A stretch of 39,130 nucleotides of DNA from a virus (taxonomy: Duplodnaviria > Heunggongvirae > Uroviricota > Caudoviricetes), in the IMG/VR virus record IMGVR_UViG_2563366972_000008, positions 1-39,130 of that record. One strand, written 5' to 3'. Below the pieces are notes generated by a model. The model did not search any database and was not told the DNA's origin. It saw only the letters and a program-made list of their open reading frames with translations. Shown here piece after piece: positions 11,124 through 21,522 of this stretch. A program made the position numbers and the translations under genes. Positions within the stretch are counted from its first letter, which is position 1. Each line of letters begins with the position of its first letter.

Positions 11124-11414
11124 TCACTGAGACACTATTAAAAGCGCGTTTTCCAGTCCGGCAAATGGATCTGAGACGCCTTCTGTCTGCTCTTGTTCCC
11201 ACTGAAGAAGCGCATCATTCAGTGGGACTTTGACACCCTGCGCACCGTAAACCGCAGAAACTATCTGGGCAGCCCGGATATCAGCCCGCTCGTCACCCAG
11301 CGGGCTGAACCTGTCAAATTCTGCCCACATCATGATTTCTGATGCGGACATTTCCCGGCGTAACTCTGACAATGTGCGCCCCATCCTGAGCGCCAGCATC
11401 ATCAGAAAACGCAT
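11124..11414 (-). CDS. T: Tail assembly chaperone T segment, expressed as a G-T fusion by -1 frameshift
   Basis: ORF in the -1 frame relative to G, directly downstream of a slippery A-run at the end of G. Confidence 0.6.
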   Translation of the reverse strand: MRFLMMLALRMGRTLSELRREMSASEIMMWAEFDRFSPLGDERADIRAAQIVSAVYGAQGVKVPLNDALLQWEQEQTEGVSDPFAGLENALLIVSQ

Positions 11415-11425
11415 CCCCGGAAGCG

Positions 11426-11812
11426 CTACTTTTTTTTAACCTCGCCGGCATCACTGATCAGTTCCAGAGACTGCCGAAGAAGCCGCGCATGCACCGGGCC
11501 ATACACGGCAATCACCCGTTCACGATCATCCTCTGAAAATACAGGTTGCAGTCCGGTATCACACAGAACATCAATGAACAGTTCAACATCTGCCTCCAGA
11601 TTTCGGCGGGCGCGCTCCGCAACGGATAACGGTGTCTCATCATCTTTTGCTTTAACGATCTCCTGCCAGCGCAACCAGGCTTCTGCAGAAGGTTCCCGTA
11701 ATACAACCGTTGCCCCTTCCCATTCAGGCACATCAACAGTTTTATGGCGAAACCCCGACATCGTTGCCAGTGCCAGATTGCGGATATTTTTAGTCATCAC
11801 ATCTATCCTCAT
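11426..11812 (-). CDS. G: Tail assembly chaperone G
   Basis: 128-aa acidic ORF between major tail protein and tape measure; ends ...GEVKKK with slippery site A_AAA_AAG. Confidence 0.7.
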   Translation of the reverse strand: MRIDVMTKNIRNLALATMSGFRHKTVDVPEWEGATVVLREPSAEAWLRWQEIVKAKDDETPLSVAERARRNLEADVELFIDVLCDTGLQPVFSEDDRERVIAVYGPVHARLLRQSLELISDAGEVKKK

Positions 11813-12516
11813 TAACTGACGGTAACAGTGCAGGAAGTGGAGGTCACCTTGTTAACAGGGCTTGCTGAGTCAGAAATCTCGCAGGTATACGCACCGGCAT
11901 CACCTGATGCTGCTGATGCCTTACTGAACGTTGCCGCCGTCTGTCCGGAAACAGGAGAACTACCTTTCTTCCAGACATAAGAATAAGGCGGCACACCACC
12001 GGCAGCCTCAACCACCATTTCGAGTTTCGCTCCGGCAGAAACCTGCAGCGTGCTGTTTAAATCGACTTTCACTTTCAGCGGCTCTGTCGTCAGCACAGGT
12101 TTACCTTTCAGACGCAGGGAAAACGTTGCAGCCACAACACCATTGGTTCCTGCAGACCAGGTATGCTGACGCACCTCTGCCATAAAGGTAAATCCGTTGC
12201 CTGACGGAAAAATAACTTTAAAGCCATACGTGGTGTCATTGTCATAGGCACTGCGCAACGCGTTCTGGGCAGCATTGAGATAAAAGTTGCCTGACATGGA
12301 AATCTCTGACGCGGCACCAAGGCCGTTAATATTTTCCTGCTCAACAGAACACAGCGTGGTGACATCAATATCCTGCTTTTGTCCTGCGGTAAACTGCACC
12401 TCTTTGATTGTACAGCTCAGGCCAAGATAGCTGGCAGAATCCAGGGTTTCTGCTGTTACCGGTGCAGACGAAATCATAATTTTCGTCAGTTGCGAACGCT
12501 CAAAATTAGAGGACAT
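11812..12516 (-). CDS. V: Major tail protein with C-terminal Ig-like domain (V-like)
   Basis: Position upstream of G; AGGAGA RBS before the ATG at 12516; C-terminal Ig-like region (GGVPPYSYVW...TCEISD). Confidence 0.8.
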   Translation of the reverse strand: MSSNFERSQLTKIMISSAPVTAETLDSASYLGLSCTIKEVQFTAGQKQDIDVTTLCSVEQENINGLGAASEISMSGNFYLNAAQNALRSAYDNDTTYGFKVIFPSGNGFTFMAEVRQHTWSAGTNGVVAATFSLRLKGKPVLTTEPLKVKVDLNSTLQVSAGAKLEMVVEAAGGVPPYSYVWKKGSSPVSGQTAATFSKASAASGDAGAYTCEISDSASPVNKVTSTSCTVTVS

Positions 12517-12575
12517 ACTCGTCTCCTGAAAATAAAAAACCCGCCAGCGGCGGGTGGATAAAATCATTAATGACC

Positions 12576-12920
12576 TCAGGCTATTACCTGGAATTCAAGC
12601 GTGGCTCTGCTCAGACGGGAGTCAGGATCATAACCCTGCGTTTTAGAAATAACGGAGGGTGCCAGTTTTCTTACCGCATCAAGCGCCTGCTCACGAATAT
12701 TATCTGCGTCATCAGGTACTGTCGCCCAGACATCGATCTGCACGGTAATTCTGGATTCAGCCTGACCATCAAGCACATCAGATGCCGTGTCAGACACCAC
12801 AGAAAACACCAGCCACGGCGGAGATACCGCAGGCTTTCCCTCCGTCAGCGGGACCACATAAGGATAAACCTGTCCTCCGGCCAGCTGAGACAGCAGGGAA
12901 TACAGTGTGGCTTCCCTCAT
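12576..12920 (-). CDS. Tail terminator / tail completion protein (U-like)
   Basis: 114-aa ORF directly upstream of the major tail gene in a coupled gene string. Confidence 0.65.
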   Translation of the reverse strand: MREATLYSLLSQLAGGQVYPYVVPLTEGKPAVSPPWLVFSVVSDTASDVLDGQAESRITVQIDVWATVPDDADNIREQALDAVRKLAPSVISKTQGYDPDSRLSRATLEFQVIA

Positions 12921-13366
12921 TTACTTAAGACCTCATCAATAGCCTGATTCATTCGCTGTATGGCAATCTGTGCTGCCAGTTCCTCTGTCGTATCGAAAGC
13001 CGGGCGAATGAACGGATGCGCGGGCATGTTTATCGTTCCCAGCTCCACAAAGCGCCAGTAAAACGCATTTCGGGGATCGCTGGCTTTCATGCTGTTATCA
13101 CTGTTTCCGGTTCGCAGGTTCCGTCCGCGAATGTGGACACCCGAGATAATTTCCCCCCGACGCTTTGAACGCTGAGTGAGAACAACCACATTTTTTTTCA
13201 GTTTCCCGGTTCGCTCCGGCGCACGTTCAACAACTGCATCCCGCATAACTTCAGCACCGGCACGGGTGGCATCGCGCAGTACCTTATTGTTTTCTGCCCT
13301 GCTGAGCGTCTCCAGATCCCGTGCAATATCCGCCAGACCTGAAAAATCAAGACTGAAATCCATCAC
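12917..13366 (-). CDS. Tail completion protein (Z-like, HK97 gp10-type)
   Basis: 149-aa ORF with ATGA-type overlap to neighbours in the head-tail joining block. Confidence 0.65.
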   Translation of the reverse strand: MMDFSLDFSGLADIARDLETLSRAENNKVLRDATRAGAEVMRDAVVERAPERTGKLKKNVVVLTQRSKRRGEIISGVHIRGRNLRTGNSDNSMKASDPRNAFYWRFVELGTINMPAHPFIRPAFDTTEELAAQIAIQRMNQAIDEVLSK

Positions 13367-13701
13367 ACATTCCCCTTCTGAGAACAGAGTATCTCAAGCC
13401 GGGTGGCGCGTGCATCCGGTATTGGTGGACCTTCTATACCCAGAATGGCCCCTTTAAATGCACCGGTCAGCACTTTCAGACGTGAAGTCGCTGTCACATC
13501 GCGCCGGAATCTCATCCAGACTCTGACCGTAGCCTGAGCGGTTTCTGCTCCACCTGAGATTCTCTCCCTCCCGCTGATACCCTTAACTTCTGCCCATACG
13601 GTTGCCCCCTCCGTCATTGTCTCCACCGGATGCCCTGACGGAGAACGGACGGTGGTGACATTCAGAATAGTTACGCGATCACGTAACCTGCCCGCCTGCA
13701 T
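13363..13701 (-). CDS. Head closure / head-tail adaptor protein
   Basis: 112-aa ORF between head-tail connector and tail completion genes. Confidence 0.65.
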   Translation of the reverse strand: MQAGRLRDRVTILNVTTVRSPSGHPVETMTEGATVWAEVKGISGRERISGGAETAQATVRVWMRFRRDVTATSRLKVLTGAFKGAILGIEGPPIPDARATRLEILCSQKGNV

Positions 13702-13709
13702 GGTTCCTC

Positions 13710-14027
13710 CTACAAAGGAATAAAACGATAAGGCTCCAGCAGAGAAGAAAAACCAAACGGGATTGGTGCCTTACTGACATCTGAGGAATTTTCCCGGTTT
13801 TCGTACCAGTGCCCGACCAGCAACATGAGCGCCAGCAAAACATCATCAGCTATAAGCACCCCTTCAGGATCACTCTCTGGCACCGTCTCCTCATAAAGCT
13901 TACGGTTGATAAAATTTTCTGCCTTACGGCAGGCAGCCCGGAAATACAGCATCAGTAACTCATCATCAGTTGCATCATCTGTATCAATACGGCACTGCGC
14001 CCTGAGTTTTTCCACTATTGCTGCCAT
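13710..14027 (-). CDS. Head-tail connector protein (gp6-like)
   Basis: ORF immediately downstream of the major capsid gene; start chosen at ATG 14027 with CAGGAG RBS. Confidence 0.65.
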   Translation of the reverse strand: MAAIVEKLRAQCRIDTDDATDDELLMLYFRAACRKAENFINRKLYEETVPESDPEGVLIADDVLLALMLLVGHWYENRENSSDVSKAPIPFGFSSLLEPYRFIPL

Positions 14028-14071
14028 CAGAAACTCCTGCCCGCAGCACTGTGCGGGCATAAAAAACTGCA

Positions 14072-15295
14072 TTACGCAGCGGCTTTCTGGCGGGTTGCAG
14101 CCCCAATTTTCATCAGCTTAATCGCCTGAGAATCCACCAGCATACCGCCGGTTCGCTTGGTGGTATAAAAGCCCACAAACGGTTTGTTGGTGTAAGGATC
14201 GCGCAGGATGCGGGTGCCGATGCGATCAACGATGGTATAGCCACGTTTGAAATTACCAAACGCAATGGCTTTTGCATCGGCGGCAATATCCGGCATCTGC
14301 TCATTTTCAACGATGCCATACCCTGCCAGAGAAGAAGGCTGACCCAGCTCAATACCCGGACGCCACAGATAATTTCCGTCGTTATCCTTCAGCAGACGAA
14401 TGGCAAACAGGCTGCTGTTGTTCATCATGAACTTCGCGCCGCTGCGGTGCGCCTTGCGCAGGGTGTAAATCAGTTTAATAATCGCATCGGCGGTCACGCC
14501 AGAAGCCGCACCGGAAGCAATGTGCTGAAGTTTGCCAAATGCACGGGTCTTGTCATCTTCATCAGTGGACTCATAAGCCAGAAAACCTTTTGGTTTTTTG
14601 CTGCCGTCGCCACTGGTAAAGGCAATTTCTTCCTGTTCGGCAAATTCCAGCGCCAGTTCACTGTTGATCCAGTCTTCCACATTGAAGAAAGCATCATCGA
14701 GCATTTTCTGGGTGGCCTGCGGGTTGCCGTAGATTTCCCCCATAAAGGGTTCAATCAGACCCAGTTTTGAGGTGGCGGTTTCAGGACGTGCATCCGTTTC
14801 CCCCACCCATCCGGACGTTGTGCCGCCCAGATTCACCAGTTTTTTATAATCCGAGCCACCGAGGGTGATCACAGTGGCTTCCTGGCGCATCACCACCTCA
14901 TCTTTCAGCAGCGTCAGAATGGTGCGATCCAGTTCTTCCGGAATGGCATAACCACCATCTTCATCATTGCCCACCTGCAGCGCCTTACGCTCAAGCTCAC
15001 GCAGACCGTCTTCACGCCCCTTGCGCATAAAACCGATAAACGCTTCTTTATGTTCACCGGCAACTTTATTTTGCGTGCCGCCTGCCGGACGTTTAACTTC
15101 AGCCAGCTCAGCCTCAAGATCGCTTTTCAGGTTCTCCAGCTCGCTGATTTGCCCGTTCAGGCTTTCCACCTGTTCGGCCAGCTTGCCTTTTTCCTGTTCG
15201 ATCGCGTCAATGCGCTTGTCGTTTTTTGCCTTAAAATCGTCAAACTTCTGCTGCAGCTCCTGCGCGACCTGCTCCACATCTTTAATGTCAGCCAT
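14072..15295 (-). CDS. Major capsid protein, HK97 family
   Basis: 407-aa ORF with N-terminal coiled-coil delta-like region, downstream of the prohead protease. Confidence 0.85.
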   Translation of the reverse strand: MADIKDVEQVAQELQQKFDDFKAKNDKRIDAIEQEKGKLAEQVESLNGQISELENLKSDLEAELAEVKRPAGGTQNKVAGEHKEAFIGFMRKGREDGLRELERKALQVGNDEDGGYAIPEELDRTILTLLKDEVVMRQEATVITLGGSDYKKLVNLGGTTSGWVGETDARPETATSKLGLIEPFMGEIYGNPQATQKMLDDAFFNVEDWINSELALEFAEQEEIAFTSGDGSKKPKGFLAYESTDEDDKTRAFGKLQHIASGAASGVTADAIIKLIYTLRKAHRSGAKFMMNNSSLFAIRLLKDNDGNYLWRPGIELGQPSSLAGYGIVENEQMPDIAADAKAIAFGNFKRGYTIVDRIGTRILRDPYTNKPFVGFYTTKRTGGMLVDSQAIKLMKIGAATRQKAAA

Positions 15296-15309
15296 TATTT
15301 TTCTCCTGG

Positions 15310-15960
15310 TTAAAATTTAAGATTTTTCAGTGCATTCAGTGCGGCATCCACATCCTCAGCATCACGCAGGGATAAAGCGCCATATCCCCCGGCCATGAAT
15401 GCTTTGGCCTGGGTTCGCGAGAGTCCAACATCGCGCAGGACCCGCTCAATAATTTTCTGATCAGGGATCTCCCCACGCGCCAGCGCATTTTTCACATCGC
15501 TGATACGTGCCTCATCATTGCAAGGAAACGTCACCAGACTGACCTCCCACAGGTCGATCTCTTTCAGCAGGAATACCCCTTTTTCACGGTCGTACTCCCA
15601 GTCTTTCAGGATGTAGCCAATAGAAAGGCCGGTTAAAGAACCGGCCTTCATATGGGCATGTGCACGTTTTGCCAGGGGATCATCATCAACGAGTAATCGC
15701 CCCCTGACATAAAGCCCGACATCATCTTCTTTCATTTCGGTGTACACACCGATGGGCTCATCCATACGGTGCTGCCAGAGCAACGCAGGCAGCGCCTTTT
15801 TTTCGCTCCATTTCTGGAGTGTTGTGGTAAAGGCACCGGGGACCACCACATCATCGTGGCTGTCCTTAACACCAAAAACAGAACCGTAACCTTCAAATTC
15901 CCCGGAATCACTGACGGATTTCAGGTTCAGCGGTATATCAAGACGCTGTTTTGTCTGCAT
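15310..15960 (-). CDS. Prohead protease, HK97 family
   Basis: ORF between portal and capsid; AGGAGAG RBS before the ATG at 15960. Confidence 0.8.
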   Translation of the reverse strand: MQTKQRLDIPLNLKSVSDSGEFEGYGSVFGVKDSHDDVVVPGAFTTTLQKWSEKKALPALLWQHRMDEPIGVYTEMKEDDVGLYVRGRLLVDDDPLAKRAHAHMKAGSLTGLSIGYILKDWEYDREKGVFLLKEIDLWEVSLVTFPCNDEARISDVKNALARGEIPDQKIIERVLRDVGLSRTQAKAFMAGGYGALSLRDAEDVDAALNALKNLKF

Positions 15961-17179
15961 CTCCACTCTCCTTTTTCTTACCGTTGTCATCGCCAGCAGA
16001 GGGACTGGTGGTCATGTTCATCGGTGTCAGATACACATCACCGCCCGGGCGAGGATTCATATCCTCCAGATCACGGCAGTCATTAGGGGAATAAATCCCC
16101 CAGTTGATCCCCGTGGCATACGCTTCAAAGCGGGATTTCATGTCGCCACGCAACAATGCTCCGGCATTAAATTTGGCGTAAAACTTCCCCTGCTTGCTCT
16201 CCCTGACCAGCCCTGTATTGATCCGCTGTTCAATACGGGTCAGATACGGCACAAGGGAATAGTTAATGAAACCAAGCCCCAGCTCTTCAATATTGTTGAA
16301 GGTGGCGCGATCGGTGTTCTGCACCATATGCAGCGGCACGCGGAACAGGCGACAGATTTCTTCCAGCTGAAACTTGCGGGTTTCCAGGAACTGGCTGTCC
16401 TCGGCATTCAGTGCCACCGTTTTCCAGTCCAGCCCCATTTCCAGAATCATCGGACGATGAGAGTTTCCCAGCCCGACATGCCGTTCCTCAAAGTCCTTTT
16501 TGATACGCGCATAAGCCTGATCAGAAAGTTGTTGATCCGTACGCAACACACCGGATGTCACAGCGCCGTTACCAAACAGCCTGGCGCCGTGCTCCTCAGT
16601 TGCCGCTGCCAGTGAAATGGCCTCACGCGCATATGCAATGGGATTCAGCCCGACCAGCCCGTCCAGCGTCAGAGTACGCACATGCCAGATTTCATCCTGG
16701 GTCAGCACATCCACGGAACCATCCGGAAACGTCACCTGATAAACCGGCTGCCACTGACAGTTCAGCTTCGGCTCCACACAACCCGGATCTATCGGAAGAA
16801 GCTCCACCACTTCTCCCAGCGCCTTCACCTTGTAAGCGTAAAAATTACCCCGCAGACACAGGCAGACGATAACCAGCTCCCAGAATTCCTGCGGTGTCAT
16901 GTAGCCATTGGGTTTTGCCGAAATCAGCTTATGCAGTCGTTCATCCACCGCCCGTGTTTTAAGGGTGCCGGTGATTTTGTAGAGGCTGCAGGGCAGCATA
17001 CCAACAGACTCCGCCAGCACTCTGACGCAGGAATACACCGCCGTCAGCCGCATGGCCCGCTGACTGCTGATCCGCTTTCCGGTATAGGTGTCGTATGACA
17101 ATCCCAGCTCTTCCGCAAGCATCCCGGGTGTTGTAACGGGAGTGTTATTTTTGCGTTGAAAAAGCCCCTGGAAAAACAT
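15938..17179 (-). CDS. Portal protein, HK97 family
   Basis: 413-aa ORF directly downstream of the large terminase. Confidence 0.85.
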   Translation of the reverse strand: MFFQGLFQRKNNTPVTTPGMLAEELGLSYDTYTGKRISSQRAMRLTAVYSCVRVLAESVGMLPCSLYKITGTLKTRAVDERLHKLISAKPNGYMTPQEFWELVIVCLCLRGNFYAYKVKALGEVVELLPIDPGCVEPKLNCQWQPVYQVTFPDGSVDVLTQDEIWHVRTLTLDGLVGLNPIAYAREAISLAAATEEHGARLFGNGAVTSGVLRTDQQLSDQAYARIKKDFEERHVGLGNSHRPMILEMGLDWKTVALNAEDSQFLETRKFQLEEICRLFRVPLHMVQNTDRATFNNIEELGLGFINYSLVPYLTRIEQRINTGLVRESKQGKFYAKFNAGALLRGDMKSRFEAYATGINWGIYSPNDCRDLEDMNPRPGGDVYLTPMNMTTSPSAGDDNGKKKESGDADKTAS

Positions 17180-17361
17180 TACTCACCTCCGGAGGCGACC
17201 CACTGACCGCGATCGAGATAACGCGCAACCAGCCACGACCAGCACAGGCACAGCGCCCCGGCAACAACAAAACCTGCCGGGGGATAAATCAGCCATGCGC
17301 CGTACGACAGCAAAAGCGCCCCCAGCACGCCCACCAGTGGTGTGAGAATTATCAGAAACAT
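17179..17361 (-). CDS. Small hydrophobic protein of unknown function
   Basis: 60-aa ORF with two hydrophobic stretches, tightly packed between TerL and portal. Confidence 0.35.
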   Translation of the reverse strand: MFLIILTPLVGVLGALLLSYGAWLIYPPAGFVVAGALCLCWSWLVARYLDRGQWVASGGE

Positions 17362-17372
17362 AATGACCTCGG

Positions 17373-19130
17373 TTAAAGCGAGCGAATACCAACGCTGACC
17401 AGATGCTCAGACAGATCCGGCTCCGGTTCACCGCCATTGACCAGCATCCGGCTCATTGCTGTAAACATCGCAACAGGGCCGTCGATTTTGGCTTCCGGCG
17501 TGGATTTATTCGGGAAGATATTGTCGTTTTTGTCCGGTTTTACCGTAACGTTAGACATCATCCAGTTCATGACCGGATGATTGCTGTGGTGGAAACGTCC
17601 GGCATAAACCAGTGATTCCGTTTCCTTCATAGCCTCTGACAGATTGCGGACCGTCTGCGGAACTTCCACCAGCGGTATCCCTTCTTCAGCCAGCGCCAGA
17701 CTGAACTGCATTGCGCTCCACGGGTCAAATCCCAGTTCCCTGAGGTTTTCACCGCCAATCCATTCCAGTAAGTCACTTTTTATCTGAGCATGATCGATAA
17801 CATCACCATCCGTCAGGATGAGCTTCCCCATCTCTGCCCACTTCCGGTAAAGTTCTGCCTGCTGCCGTGAACACCGTTCCAGTCGCCCTTCCGGAAGCCA
17901 GAATTTAAAATCGGCATGAACATGCCCGTTATCCGTTCGCCAGAGTTTTGCCGCCGCACAGATATCAATCTTATGAGCAAGGTCGACGCCGACCCACATG
18001 GGATACGTTTTCAGCTCATGCTGTGGAGCGATGTATTCGCACTTCTCCCACTTAATCATGTCCATCCAGGCAGATTCGGCAGTGACCCACACATTCATGT
18101 GTTTGGTAAAAAAATTCACCCGCGCAGAAACCTGCTCCTTCGCCTTTTTCGCCAGACGACGCAGATCATCCCAGCGTTTACAGATGCCCAGGCCGGGATT
18201 CGCTTTCTGCCAGACCGTTTCATCAAACGGATCATCTCCCTCATCGAGGGTGTAAATAATCGCAAAGTAGGAGTCGTCTTTTACAGCGCCCTCCACATCG
18301 CTGTTATAGCCACGCAATACCTTGATGGCGTAATCACGCTGCTCGTAACAAATCCCTTCCTTGTTAAACCCTGCCGTGGTGATACCAAATAACAGGGACT
18401 GCAGGCGGGCACCGGTTGCCGTTTCCAGAACGTCCCACACGTCGCGGGTTTTATGTGCATGCAGCTCATCAATAATGGCGCAGTGGATGTTCAGACCATC
18501 CAGGTTGTTTGCATCCGAGGAAAGCGGTTCAAATTTTGATGCGCTCTGCTCCTGGTAAATCGCCAGCTTGTTGAAATCAAACAACCGCCCGAGTGTCGAC
18601 CGGGCTTTTCTGACCATATTTTTGGCGTCTTCAAACACAATTCTGGCCTGGTCACGCGTGGTGGCGGCTGAATACACCTCAGCACCGCCTTCACCATCTG
18701 CCCCCGTCATATACAGGCCGATACCCGATGACAGAGTTGATTTTGCGTTTTTACGGGCGACTTCGTTGTACGCCGTCCGGAACCGGCGCACCATCACCGG
18801 ACGTCCGCTGCCATCGCTGCGCATGACAACTTCCCCGGTCTCTTCATTCACCAGCGGAATGACAAAACCAAAAATATTAATGAGGATAAATACATGCCAG
18901 TCCATCAGTTCAATGGGCTGGCCTGCCAGCGCCCCTTTTACATGAGGCACAAATTTGTAGAAATTCAGGATGTGCTGCGCACGGGGTTCACTGAAATAAA
19001 TCCCCCGCTCTTCGCCGTACTTCAGATCATCAAGAAAACGCTGGCAGGCCAAGCGGACAAATTCGCCAGCAACAATTTCTCCTGCAACAACACGTTCGGC
19101 GTAGCGGATCCCGTCAGCCACTTTTGCCAT
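17373..19130 (-). CDS. Terminase large subunit
   Basis: 585-aa ORF following the small terminase subunit; ATPase and nuclease arrangement typical of TerL. Confidence 0.9.
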   Translation of the reverse strand: MAKVADGIRYAERVVAGEIVAGEFVRLACQRFLDDLKYGEERGIYFSEPRAQHILNFYKFVPHVKGALAGQPIELMDWHVFILINIFGFVIPLVNEETGEVVMRSDGSGRPVMVRRFRTAYNEVARKNAKSTLSSGIGLYMTGADGEGGAEVYSAATTRDQARIVFEDAKNMVRKARSTLGRLFDFNKLAIYQEQSASKFEPLSSDANNLDGLNIHCAIIDELHAHKTRDVWDVLETATGARLQSLLFGITTAGFNKEGICYEQRDYAIKVLRGYNSDVEGAVKDDSYFAIIYTLDEGDDPFDETVWQKANPGLGICKRWDDLRRLAKKAKEQVSARVNFFTKHMNVWVTAESAWMDMIKWEKCEYIAPQHELKTYPMWVGVDLAHKIDICAAAKLWRTDNGHVHADFKFWLPEGRLERCSRQQAELYRKWAEMGKLILTDGDVIDHAQIKSDLLEWIGGENLRELGFDPWSAMQFSLALAEEGIPLVEVPQTVRNLSEAMKETESLVYAGRFHHSNHPVMNWMMSNVTVKPDKNDNIFPNKSTPEAKIDGPVAMFTAMSRMLVNGGEPEPDLSEHLVSVGIRSL

Positions 19131-19612
19131 CAGTCTCTCGCTTTTAAAAGCTCCGCCAGCGGATCAACATCATCCGGTCCGGCGATATTTACTTTAGCCC
19201 GGCTTGCCGGTGACATACCAAACTCTGCAAGCATTGCCCGGATCCGCTTCCAGGCATCCGCTTTCATTGCCGCCGCGGGGTGCGCCTTAATCAGTACATC
19301 ACCGCTCTGCGTTTCCGTGCGGTAGGTATACCCCTCAACATCGAGTGTTTCGCAGTGATGCCGATATTCGGTGTAGGCTTCCACCAGCAACTCGAGCGCA
19401 CGCGCATCAAGCTGAGAAATGATCCCTTCCGCATTCAGCTCTTCCGCCATTCGCCTGAACCAGTACTTCCCCTGAGCCCCTAAATGCTGCGGAATTTTAG
19501 GAAGACCTTTTTCATCCTTTTTAGCGGTTTTTTTGTGGTCTTTAACGGGGCGCTTTGAGGGGTTGCCTCGAATCAAATGCAGGCGTGGCGGGGTTTTCGG
19601 AGGTCCTGACAT
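19130..19612 (-). CDS. Terminase small subunit (P27-like)
   Basis: 160-aa basic ORF directly upstream of and overlapping TerL, downstream of the HNH gene. Confidence 0.8.
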   Translation of the reverse strand: MSGPPKTPPRLHLIRGNPSKRPVKDHKKTAKKDEKGLPKIPQHLGAQGKYWFRRMAEELNAEGIISQLDARALELLVEAYTEYRHHCETLDVEGYTYRTETQSGDVLIKAHPAAAMKADAWKRIRAMLAEFGMSPASRAKVNIAGPDDVDPLAELLKARD

Positions 19613-19758
19613 AATCGGTCTTACCTATCAATCGTTTGTTCACATTTCCAAAAAAAAGTTTTCGAACCTGCGGCGATGTGAGGAAGGGTCAGGCGGCGGT
19701 ACTGAGCAGCCAGGGTTGCAGAGATTTGACCCGCCCCCCCTACAGATGGGAACTGTTA

Positions 19759-20109
19759 TCAATTGATGCGTTCGCGCGCTGTTTTTGCTTTATGACAGGG
19801 CCAGCACAGACTCTGCAGGTTACTGTCTGCATCCGTGCCACCATGAGCTTTCGGAATGATGTGGTCCACAGTTCTGGCTTCAACGGCTCTCCCATTGCGC
19901 AGGCAGTTCTGACACAGATGATTATCACGCTTCAGTATGCGCGCACGTATGGCATCCCATTTCGAGCCATAGCCACGCTGGTGGCGGCTCAGTCCGCGTT
20001 GATGCTGTACCCATCCTTCGCCACGATGTTTATCGCAGTAACCAGAACTGTCTGTGGTTGTACCTGCACATCCACGCTTACGGCAGGCGCGTGGGATTCG
20101 TGATGGCAT
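19759..20109 (-). CDS. HNH endonuclease, packaging-associated
   Basis: 116-aa ORF with Cys pairs and the H-N-H motif (DHIIPKAHGGTDADSNLQSLCWPCH), immediately upstream of the terminase genes. Confidence 0.8.
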   Translation of the reverse strand: MPSRIPRACRKRGCAGTTTDSSGYCDKHRGEGWVQHQRGLSRHQRGYGSKWDAIRARILKRDNHLCQNCLRNGRAVEARTVDHIIPKAHGGTDADSNLQSLCWPCHKAKTARERIN

Positions 20110-20151
20110 AAATACCTCATACCCTGCGAAATGTTTACCACGATAAAAAGG

Positions 20152-20619
20152 CTACTTAATGCACTGAGTGCGGATATATTCCTGCGCCCCTTCCAGTTGC
20201 ATCTGCATCGTCATCAATCGGTCTCTGAGGGTGAAATAATCCCGTTCAGCGGTGTCTGCCAGTCGGGGGATGGTTGCATTATCCACGCTGGTGGGTCCGG
20301 TGGCTTCACGCACGGCTGCGGAGCAACTGGCATTGACCCGCAGGCGCTTACGGCCAGCGGCAACATCAGCGCGCAGAGTTTCATTTTCAGCTTGCACATT
20401 GGCTAATTCTCTCGAGTACTTTGCATCGAGCGCAGCAACATCACGCTGACGCTGCTGCATGTCAGCGATGGTGGCGATCGCCAGCTTCAGCTCACTGACT
20501 TTTTTATCACGCTGTTCTTTGTAGGCGATGGCGTTATCACGGTAATGATTGACCGCCCACGACAGGCAGACGATGATGCAGATAACCAGAGCATAAATAA
20601 TCGCGGCGACTCTGCTCAC
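20152..20619 (-). CDS. Rz: Spanin inner-membrane subunit Rz
   Basis: Translation from GTG 20619 ([31 protein letters not shown]...) matches lambda Rz as recalled. Confidence 0.85.
   Translation of the reverse strand: MSRVAAIIYALVICIIVCLSWAVNHYRDNAIAYKEQRDKKVSELKLAIATIADMQQRQRDVAALDAKYSRELANVQAENETLRADVAAGRKRLRVNASCSAAVREATGPTSVDNATIPRLADTAERDYFTLRDRLMTMQMQLEGAQEYIRTQCIK
20214..20399 (-). CDS. Rz1: Spanin outer-membrane lipoprotein Rz1, embedded in Rz in the +1 frame
   Basis: 61-aa ORF with lipobox (LAVSAC) and proline-rich [14 protein letters not shown], like lambda Rz1. Confidence 0.75.
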   Translation of the reverse strand: MCKLKMKLCALMLPLAVSACGSMPVAPQPCVKPPDPPAWIMQPSPDWQTPLNGIISPSETD

Positions 20620-21149
20620 TGATCTATCCCCCAACAGGCTAATGCGCTTTCCTGGTCACGACGAATAACCTGTCCATAGCAGTTATTTGAACGTATGCGG
20701 CAATCGCGCCCACCATCTTTTATCCACCAGCGAATCGCCTCGCATGCGCCCTTACGATCACCGGCATTCAGCCGCTTATAAAACGTCGACGGAAAACACT
20801 TACCGGGGCCAATGTTATAGGGACAGAATGATGCGATACCGGCTTTCTGTGGCTCGGTCAGTGGAACTTTTATATTGCGCTCCACCCATGCCAGCGCCTT
20901 ATCACGCTCAATGGCATTAACCTGAGCGCATTTTTCCTTCGACAGTTTCATTCCTGGTACGACTGGCTTACCGTCCACCATCGTTGCTCCCCGACAGATG
21001 GTCCATATGCCGGAGCCATCGCGGTATGCAGTGGTGTGATTCCCCTCTTTTTCATCCAGAAACTGATCGAGAATGTCAGGGGCAGGAGCACTGGCGGCAA
21101 TCAGTGCCAGAACAGCGGCCGACAGGCTGTATCTGATTTTTACGTTCAT
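20616..21149 (-). CDS. R: SAR endolysin (phage-21 R-like lysozyme)
   Basis: N-terminal signal-anchor-release segment followed by the E-x8-D-x5-T catalytic triad ([16 protein letters not shown]). Confidence 0.9.
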   Translation of the reverse strand: MNVKIRYSLSAAVLALIAASAPAPDILDQFLDEKEGNHTTAYRDGSGIWTICRGATMVDGKPVVPGMKLSKEKCAQVNAIERDKALAWVERNIKVPLTEPQKAGIASFCPYNIGPGKCFPSTFYKRLNAGDRKGACEAIRWWIKDGGRDCRIRSNNCYGQVIRRDQESALACWGIDQ

Positions 21150-21242
21150 GGATATTTATCAGGATGCTACCAATGAAAGATACTGGAAAGCCAACTGCAA
21201 AAAGCTAACAACCCGTAATCGAGTTATCAGAACTGTTAATTT

Positions 21243-21518
21243 TTATGGTATACCGCGCCTCTGAACAGGGCGCGTTTGTGGCAACAGCTCGTCCCCTTCA
21301 CATAACCCGGCAGCAACATCCAGGAAGACCTGTCTGATGCTCCTTCTGGCTGCTGCCTCATAAAACTCCAGCGCGGCACCTTCAACACGGTCCAGCGAGA
21401 TGTCCAGGTCAAAAATTTCACCGTCAAAGCGTTTTTTGTCCCGTAACGCTAAAGTTACCGTAACTTTATTCTCAAAATTGCGGATCCCTTTCACAATCAC
21501 TTCATAGTTTTGAGTCAT
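21243..21518 (-). CDS. Hypothetical protein between holin and endolysin
   Basis: 91-aa ORF whose ATG follows the holin stop by a few bases with a GGAGAG RBS in the holin 3' end; no hydrophobic segment. Confidence 0.5.
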   Translation of the reverse strand: MTQNYEVIVKGIRNFENKVTVTLALRDKKRFDGEIFDLDISLDRVEGAALEFYEAAARRSIRQVFLDVAAGLCEGDELLPQTRPVQRRGIP

Positions 21519-21522
21519 TGAA

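Noticed and set aside
16682-17098. 138-aa plus-strand ORF, and similar plus-strand ORFs across 8000-19500
   Set aside because: All lie antisense inside the tightly packed, translationally coupled minus-strand structural operon (portal, terminase, tape measure).
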